NCBI GenBank assembly: GCA_951406725.2
Contig: OX597830.1
Coordinates: forward strand, 77,438,001 to 77,502,000
Length of the DNA: 64,000 nt
Reading direction: 5' to 3'
DNA from: Octopus vulgaris
Lineage: Eukaryota
Part shown: piece by piece, positions 55,735 through 64,000 of the stretch
Position numbering within the stretch: the stretch's first letter is position 1
How the letters are laid out: each line of letters opens with the position of its first letter
Made by a program: the position numbers and the translations under genes
Notes under the pieces: generated by a model
What the model was told of the DNA's origin: nothing
What the model saw: the letters and a program-made list of their open reading frames with translations, nothing else
Database searches by the model: none

Positions 55735-55965
55735 CTCTCTCCCAGATCTCTCTTTCTCTCTCTCTCTCCCAGATCTCTCTTTCTCTCTCTCCCAGATCTC
55801 TCTCTCTCTATCTCCCTCTCCCAGATCTCTATTTCTCTCTCTCCCAGAACTCTCTCAGATCTCTCTCTCTCCCAGATCTCTCTCTCTCCCAGATCTCGAT
55901 CTCTCTCAGATCTCTCTCTCTCTCCCAGGTCTCGCTCTTTCTCCCAGATCTCTCTCTCTCTCTTT
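55735..55965 (+). repeat. (CT)n-CCAGAT compound minisatellite
   Basis: About 10 variable units of (ct)n-cccagat. Confidence 0.85.
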
Positions 55966-56040
55966 CACACACACACAAACACACACACAAACACACACAC
56001 ACTCACTCGCAAACACGTACATATCGATGTATATTTGTAT

Positions 56041-56290
56041 AAGCCCGCGGCTTAGTGGATAGGGTGCTGTACTCACGACTGCGAGATGGTGAGTTGGATT
56101 TCTAGAACGGGTGTTGCATTGTGTTCTTGAGCAAAGCACTTCATTTCACTTTGCCCTGCAACCATTTCGTCCTTGATACGTTGTACATGCTGCCCTGTAC
56201 AGGTAATGTCGATTTGATGGAAGGAGTGAGCTTATCAGAACACAAACATTGGATCACGAAATGTCGTCTAACCAAGGGAGAGTCCATGGT
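56041..56290 (+). mobile_element. Diverged tRNA-derived SINE (family-4-like head)
   Basis: ggcttagtggatagggtgctgtactcacgac...ttgtgttcttgagcaaagcacttcatttcac. Confidence 0.55.
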
Positions 56291-56341
56291 ATACACACAC
56301 TCACATATATGTGTGTATATATATATATGTATATATATATG

Positions 56342-56456
<115 letters not shown>

Positions 56457-56525
56457 ATATATATATATATATGTATGTATATATATATATCTATATATAT
56501 ATATATATATATGTATGTATAAATA

Positions 56526-56576
<51 letters not shown>

Positions 56577-56625
56577 GTACAATTCTATATATCTATCCAT
56601 CTATCTATCTCTATACATACATACA

Positions 56626-56704
<79 letters not shown>

Positions 56705-56706
<2 letters not shown>

Positions 56707-56928
56707 GTAGGTCCCGGGTTGAGTCGGGGTTAACCACAGTAAATAAGGTACTCAATACATAGCAGAGTAAATTAATTTATTATATAGAAGGAGCTTCTAC
56801 AGGACTAGAACTGTTTCATTCAAAAGAAATCATCAGGAAGCTAGTCCTGAATTTGAAGTTTTTTATCCTGATGATTTCTTTTGAATGAAACAGTTCTAGT
56901 CCTGTAGAAGCTCCTTCTATATAATAAA
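56705..56928 (-). mobile_element. PLE pLTR-like remnant with inverted arm and hammerhead-like motif
   Basis: Arms 56777-56837 and 56867-56927 are reverse complements. Minus strand ggactag-cttc-CTGATGA-tttc-tttt-gaat-GAAA-cagT-T-ctagtcc at 56802-56847. Confidence 0.65.
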
Positions 56929-57081
56929 AATATATATATACATATATATGCATATATATACATACATATATATATATATGCATATATATATATATACATA
57001 TATATATACATATATATACATATATATATACATATATATATACATATATATATACATATATATATACATATATATATATAC

Positions 57082-57116
<35 letters not shown>

Positions 57117-57155
57117 CATATATATATACATATATATACACATATATATATATAG

Positions 57156-57214
<59 letters not shown>

Positions 57215-57963
57215 ATGTATATATATATATATCTATATGTATATATATATGTTTAAAAATTGAGGGAGATAAATTAATATTAATTTTAATATCAATTTAA
57301 AACCCGTAGTCCAGCATTCAAAAAATCTGAGGAGTCAGAGAAAATTCAAATATATGTGTATATTGGCAGGGCTGGCCTGCTAGGTAGCCGGCCAGAATGC
57401 TAGAAGAAGATCATCAACGATCAAACTACAAGGGAAATTCTCTAGAATTATGCAAGTAATTCTTTTGTTAAGACCGAAACCGAGGTATGCATTTAAGTCT
57501 GTTTTTTATTTAATTTTTCATATGTCCTGCCCGCCAAATTTGGTTCTGGTGTTCGCTGAATTCTTCCTCTAGAGAATTTCCCTTGTAGTTTGATCGTTGA
57601 TGATCTTCTTCTAGCATTCTGGCCGGCTACCTAGCAGGCCAGCCCTGCCAATATACACATATATTTGAATTTTCTCTGACTCCTCAGATTTTTTGAATGC
57701 TGGACTACTGGTTTTAAATTGATATTAAAATTAATATTAATTTATCTCCCTCAATTTTTAAATATTTAAATAAATACGTTCCCTAGTTGTAAGCATTACC
57801 CGCAGTGAATTATTCACTGCAGCCCTTCGCTTCAGGAGTCTCTTAGCGCGCCAGAACCAAGACATTTGAAATTTTATTCCCGATGTAATCAGTAAGACTA
57901 AGCACGTGTCTGTCTTGACACGGAGAGCTGGGGTTAGTCTTGCGGTTTGCATCTCGAGGACCG

Positions 57964-58039
57964 AATGTACTGATGAAGTCACGGACACTTGAATTATGCA
58001 AGTAATTCTTTTGTTAAGACCGAAACCGAGGTATGCATT
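57964..58039 (+). ncRNA. Type I hammerhead ribozyme (intact core)
   Basis: AATGTA CTGATGA a-gtc...gaatta-tgcaag-taattc...gac-c GAAA cc-ga-gg T A TGCATT. Stem I aatgta/tgcatt; predicted GUA cleavage after 58033. Confidence 0.75.
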
Positions 58040-58510
58040 TAAGTCTGTTTTTTATTTAATTTTTCATATGTCCTGCCCGCCAAATTTGGTTCTGGTGTTC
58101 GCTGAATTCTTCCTCTAGAGAATTTCCCTTGTAGTTTGATCGTTGATGATCTTCTTCTAGCATTCTGACCGGCTACCTAGCAGGCCAGCCCTGCCAATAT
58201 ACACATATATTTGAATTTTCTCTGACTCCTCAGATTTTTTGAATGCTGGACTACTGGTTTTAAATTGATATTAAAATTAATATCAATTTATCTCCCTCAA
58301 TTTTTAAATATTTAAATAAATACGTTCCCTAGTTGTAAGCATTACCCGCAGTGAATTATTCACTGCAGCCCTTCGCTTCAGGAGTCTCTTAGCGCGCCAG
58401 AACCAAGACATTTGAAATTTTTATTCCCGATGTAATCAGTAAGACTAAGCACGTGTCTGTCTTGACACGGAGAGCTGGGGTTAGTCTTGCGGTTTGCATC
58501 TCGAGGACCG

Positions 58511-58586
58511 AATGTAATGATGAAGTCACGGACACTTGATTTATGCAAGTAATTCTTTTGTTAAGACCGAAACCGAGGTATGCATT
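58511..58586 (+). ncRNA. Hammerhead copy with C3A core mutation (probably impaired)
   Basis: AATGTA ATGATGA...GAAA ccgagg TA TGCATT; also one substitution in the inner stem II hairpin. Confidence 0.6.
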
Positions 58587-58767
58587 TAAGTCTGTTTTTT
58601 ATTTAATTTTTCATATGTCCTGCCCGCCAAATTTGGTTCTGGTGTTCGCTGAATTCTTCCTCTAGAGAATTTCCCTTGTAGTTTGATCGTTGATGATCTT
58701 CTTCTAGCATTCTGGCCGGCTACCTAGCAGGCCATATGCCAATATTATGTATATATATATGTATATA

Positions 58768-58810
<43 letters not shown>

Positions 58811-58856
58811 GTATGTATATATATATATGCTTGGATTATACATGTTTGGATTAACC

Positions 58857-58888
<32 letters not shown>

Positions 58889-58960
58889 GTATGTATGTAT
58901 GTATGTATGCATGTATGTATATATAGAGATAGATAGATGGATAGATATATAGAATTGTAC

Positions 58961-59037
<77 letters not shown>

Positions 59038-59333
59038 TATATGTATGGTTTCATTCGAAACGTGTTAGGTTAAATTACCGTTAAATGTATGTTTTTGTAG
59101 AGACAGCCGAAAATACATAACTCATCACACAGCTGGTATGTGATGCACGTGCCATGGGTTTCTATTGGTTTCTCATTGTTGCCTGATCATCCGATATTGT
59201 TTTAGTGTCTTAAGCGACACGTATATGCATACACAAATATATACACATTTCTAAATGTGTATACATATATATATTTATACACACACACATATATATATAT
59301 ATGAATGTGAACATACTACATACATATACACAC

Positions 59334-59386
<53 letters not shown>

Positions 59387-59695
59387 CTATAAATATATAT
59401 ATATATATATAAATATATGTAAATTATATATATATATACACATACATATATATTAATTGTGTGTGTGAGCGTGAGAGAAAGAGTAAGAGAGTAATCTTTC
59501 TAGTGTTAGTTTCGTATTTACGCATCTATTCAATTGCATTTCCTCATCATTACATGAATATATGTATGTATGCATGTGTGTATACGAATGTACGGGAGCA
59601 TGCATATATATACGCACACACACATATATATATATATACATATGCGTATATAAATATTATATACATATACATACATATGTATATATATATATATA

Positions 59696-59726
<31 letters not shown>

Positions 59727-59757
59727 ATATATGTGTGTATATATATATATATGTGTG

Positions 59758-59788
<31 letters not shown>

Positions 59789-60641
59789 ATATATATATAT
59801 GTGTGTGTGTGTATGTGTGTGTGTGTATGTATGTATGTATATATATGATAGTGCTTTGAATTTCTGTGTGCGCCTTTATTTTATTCCGTACAATGATATC
59901 ACAGTAACATCTTATATCTTATATAAGTTCTAAAAAACGCGATCGATGTAATTAAATGAATCCCACGCCCGTATGACAGCTGCAAACGTCAAAGAAATTT
60001 CGTGTTAGATTTGTATTTAGTTTTGGGAGAGGTTTGTCATTTTAGTTATTTTATTCCATAAATAATGTATTACATTGCCTTTCTAGCACAAACCAATGTC
60101 CCTCATTGAGATCCACTCTCTCACACAGATACGATACATACATGCATGCATGTATGTATATATATACACACATGTATGTATGTACGTGTATATATATACA
60201 CGCACATATATCTTTTATCTTGTTTCAGTCATTAAGCATTATCTTCAAGGTTTTATTCGAGAAAAATCAACGCCAGTCTTTTGCCGAAACGCTAATTTAA
60301 GGGGGCGAAAACATACCAACACCGATTGTGAAGTGATGGTAGGGGATAAATACATACGAAAAGATACATACACACATGTTTTATATATGTGTGTGTGAGT
60401 GTGTGTATCTGTATTTGTGTGTGTGTGTTTGTGAGTATGTATGTATGTCTGTTAGTATGTTAGTATGTAGCGTTTGTCTTTCGGTTTCCGTCTCCCAAAT
60501 CCAGTCTCATGGGTGTTTTTGGTCAAGCAGCACATTAGAAGATACTTGCCTAATGTTCCACGCAGTTGGACAAACCCCCAGGAGCATGCGACTGAGAAGC
60601 AAACCCCTTACTACGCAGCCACGCCAGTATGTGTGTATAAA

Positions 60642-60820
60642 GTGAGAATTTACAAAAAAAAAGACGAAGATGGGAGTGTAAACAACAAACAGGTGTATTA
60701 ATTTAACGCTCGGGAAGTGAGAAAACCTTTTACATTTCGAGCCTACGCTCTTCGACAGAAAGGAACACAGAAATAAACAGGGAAAGAAAATAAAAAAGGT
60801 TTAGTGGTTAGCGATCTATC
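60642..60820 (-). mobile_element. Relative of family A pLTR-like repeat with minimal hammerhead-like motif
   Basis: Minus strand CCTTT-CTGTCGA-agagc-gtag-gctc-GAAA-tgT-A-AAAGG at 60726-60763. Flank resembles 632-660. Confidence 0.5.
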
Positions 60821-60844
60821 ATGCTGCTCTATCATGTATATACT

Positions 60845-61252
60845 CTTTTACTCCTTTATTATTCTACTTGTTTCAGTCAACTGACTGCAGCCATGCTAGA
60901 GCACAACCTTAAGTCGAAGAAATGGACCCTAGGACTTATTCTTTGTAAGAATAGTACTAATTCTATCGGATTCTTTTGCGAAACCACTAAGTTAGGGGGA
61001 CGTAAACACATCAACATCGGTTGTCAAGCGAATGGTGGGATAACAAATACAGACATACAAATGCACGCACACACACACACACACATATATGCATATACGA
61101 CGCGCTTCTTTCAGTTTCCGTCTACCAAATCCACTCACAAGGCATTGGTCTGCCCGAGGCTATAGTAGAAGATACCTTCCCAATGTGCCACATAGTGGGA
61201 CCGAACACAGACCGAGTGGTTTGGAAGCAAGCTTCTTATCACACGGCCACAC
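60845..61252 (-). mobile_element. SINE family 1, diverged
   Basis: Recognisable tail, body and head. Confidence 0.75.
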
Positions 61253-61375
61253 CTTTTCTTATATATATATATATATATGTATTATATATATATATATATA
61301 TATACATATATATATACATATATATATATATATACATATATATACATATACATATATATACATACACACACACAT

Positions 61376-61408
<33 letters not shown>

Positions 61409-61918
61409 CCATATATATATATATATATATATACCGAATGCATATTCTAAGCAAGTCATTTACATATAGCTCCAGATCAAGTGTATTTCGCAATCAACGC
61501 TATCCGCGTCCCATGCTACATACATGAAGCATCAATATATATATGAACGATACATACATACAATATGCCATATATACATACATCGCATACATCGTAGCAT
61601 TTGGACATGTACATACATACATACATACATACATACTTTATGTGTAATATATATATATAATAATGCCCTCTATATAACACACATAAATATTTTGAAGTGA
61701 AAAAATTTACAGATTTTTTCTCTTATGAGGTTTTCACGCTAACTACTTGATAATTTCTTATTAAAATTTCTTATTAGATTTTATCCTAAATTTTAAATTT
61801 GTTCCGAAGATGAGCACGTTGTTATCGAAATGCAATTCGAAAAAGCCCGCCATTTACATGGGTGTACGGCTTCGTATGGATTTTGGCGTTCGGTTCAAGC
61901 AAATTATATTTTTGATAT

Positions 61919-61994
61919 ACTCTACTGAGGATTCGAAAATGATTGTGTAAATAAAATTACACAATCTATTACCGATGAAACAATTGTATAGAGT
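61919..61994 (+). ncRNA. Type I hammerhead ribozyme
   Basis: ACTCTA CTGAGGA t-tcg-aaaat-gattgtgtaa-ataaaa-ttacacaatc-tattac-cga-t GAAA caattg T A TAGAGT. Stem I actcta/tagagt, palindromic stem III acaattgt, GUA triplet. Confidence 0.72.
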
Positions 61995-62143
61995 TAATCT
62001 ATTTTTTCGTTATTTTTCATTTATCCCGCTTACATTCTTGGCGTGTTGAATTAATGCTTGAGAACAATTCTTTAGTGGTGGATTCCCTTTGCGGATCTAT
62101 TTCTAGCGTTAGAGTGACCACATGTGGTCTCTCTCTTATTACT

Positions 62144-62205
<62 letters not shown>

Positions 62206-62973
62206 CATACATACATACATACATACATACATACATACATAGGCATGTATTCGTACCTACCTGTGTATACACACACTTCCATGGTTACAAACAAGATAAC
62301 GAATGTTCAATATATGTATGAGATTTGATTTGAAGAAAGTTGTTTTACTGCTTCGTTATCTACAGTTTGTCGCTATAGATCGCTCAAGCAACAAAATATC
62401 AATGAAAGGATTTGATCTGCATCAAGAAAGAAGAAATACGATATCAACCTTCCCTGATCAACAACTGTCAGCTTCAAGAATGCAGTATACATTTTTGAAA
62501 GTTATTTTTGTAGTTTAGGTCTATGTTACAGTAGCAATATATTACTGCAAAGGAGAAGGATCTTCAGCCTGTTGGCAATATTTGGGCAATATTTCGAACT
62601 TACTATTCAATGAGCTTAATGATTATGTCATAATATGGAATTTCTCGGATGACCCTATTTGCAACATATTTACTAATATGTATAAGAGTTTCCAGTTTAT
62701 GGTAATGTCTGGACATCCTTCTCTAATTGTAAGAAATAATGGAAAACCGTTTGGAAATGGATTTATCGTTAGATTTAAATGAATATACGTCTGGGTTATG
62801 TCGGAAAAAATAAATGAATGAACCTATGAAGGGAATGAATGAAATAAGAGAGAGAAATGCGAGGAAGAAAATGAATGATGGGGGTAGATAAGACTGTAAA
62901 GAAAGACAACCAATCTTTAAGTAAACCAGAAAAGTTATGACAGGAAGAAAGAAAGAAAGAAAGGAAGAAAGAA

Positions 62974-63009
<36 letters not shown>

Positions 63010-63407
63010 GAGAAAGAACACTAGTGAAAGCGACAGAAAATAAGATATAAAAAGACAACCCCATAAATAAATATAAAAAATACAACAAATATATTCAGTT
63101 CAAGAAGGAAAAGTGACAAAAGAATATATGGAAGGAGATAAGGTTTAAAGAATTGTTGAAAGATATTTGTATAACACTTTTGTATGGGAGAGGCTACAAA
63201 GAGAAAGAAATTACTATGTGATGAATGAGTAAAATATATTTGCTGCTGAACACTTCAATATACGCAAAACCATAGCTGTACTTTTACTGCATTCATTGTA
63301 GGACACGAACGAAGTATTTTTTTTTCTTTTTATTCTAACAGGAGAACTTTCAAAATATATAAAATAGATGTGTGCTGAGATTTCCCAAAGAGACATATAC
63401 ATACACA

Positions 63408-63441
<34 letters not shown>

Positions 63442-63443
<2 letters not shown>

Positions 63444-63825
63444 CTGTGTGGTAAGTAGCTTGTTTACCAACCACATGGTTCCGGGTTCAGTTCCACTATG
63501 TGGCACCTTGGACAAGTGTCTTCTACTATAGCCTCGGGTCGACCAAAGCCTTGTGAGTGGATTTGGTAGACGGAAACTGAAAGACGCCTGTCGTATATAT
63601 GTGTATATTTACATGTATGTGTGTCTGTGCTTGTCCCCTTAGCATTGTTTGACAACCGATGCTGGTGTGTTTATGTCCCCGTCACTTAGCGGTTCGGCAA
63701 AAGAGACCGATGGAATAAGTACTGGGCTTACAAAGAATAAGTCCCGGTGTCGAGTTGCTCGATTAAAGGCGGTGCTCCAGCATGGCCGCAGTCAAATGAC
63801 TGAAACAAGTAAAAGAGTAAAAAAG
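63442..63825 (+). mobile_element. SINE family 1, nearly full length
   Basis: Same head, body and tail. Confidence 0.88.
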
Positions 63826-64000
63826 TATATATATATATATATCTTTAATCTTTAACATCTTTATTTATTTTAATCAATGTGCTACAGCAATGCTGGGACA
63901 CCACCATAAAAGGAATTAGTTCAATAAATCGAGCCCCTTTTCTTATTCCTATGACAGGTATTATTCCATTGAACACTTTGCTGAACCACTAAGTTACACA

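Larger units (their letters stand above)
57252..58745 (+). mobile_element. Hammerhead-containing 546/547-bp tandem array with inverted 5' arm (retrozyme or PLE pLTR-like)
   Basis: About 2.4 near-identical direct units (GAAA at 57476, 58022, 58569). 57252-57446 is the reverse complement of 57568-57762. Embedded in (TA)n. Confidence 0.85.

Noticed and set aside
57758-57988. 76-aa minus-strand ORF within the tandem unit
   Set aside because: No recognisable motif, antisense to the ribozyme strand, non-ATG start, and the next unit has a 1-nt insertion in this region.

Overview
AT-rich, gene-poor eukaryotic (animal) DNA dominated by (TA)n/(CA)n/(TAGA)n/(TACA)n microsatellites and transposable elements. 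The SINE families and repeat landscape resemble an octopus/cephalopod genome (inference from recall, not a database hit). No host protein-coding gene could be supported; almost all short ORFs in the track are microsatellite noise. Supported content: a 5'-truncated CR1/L2-group LINE with an open RT frame (871-2736, -); about 20 tRNA-type SINE copies from at least four families; Tc1/mariner relics including a DD41D element and two copies of one mariner deletion derivative; two non-autonomous Helitrons; and Penelope-like (PLE, Neptune-type) RT and GIY-YIG relics. The most notable signal is a set of type I hammerhead ribozyme motifs from several distinct repeat families, usually next to (TA)n and often with an inverted 5' arm. 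The best is a non-coding, highly structured 546/547-bp tandem array (57252-58745) with a hammerhead at each unit boundary, resembling a retrozyme or PLE pseudo-LTR array. All pairings and coordinates were read by eye and need computational and experimental confirmation.
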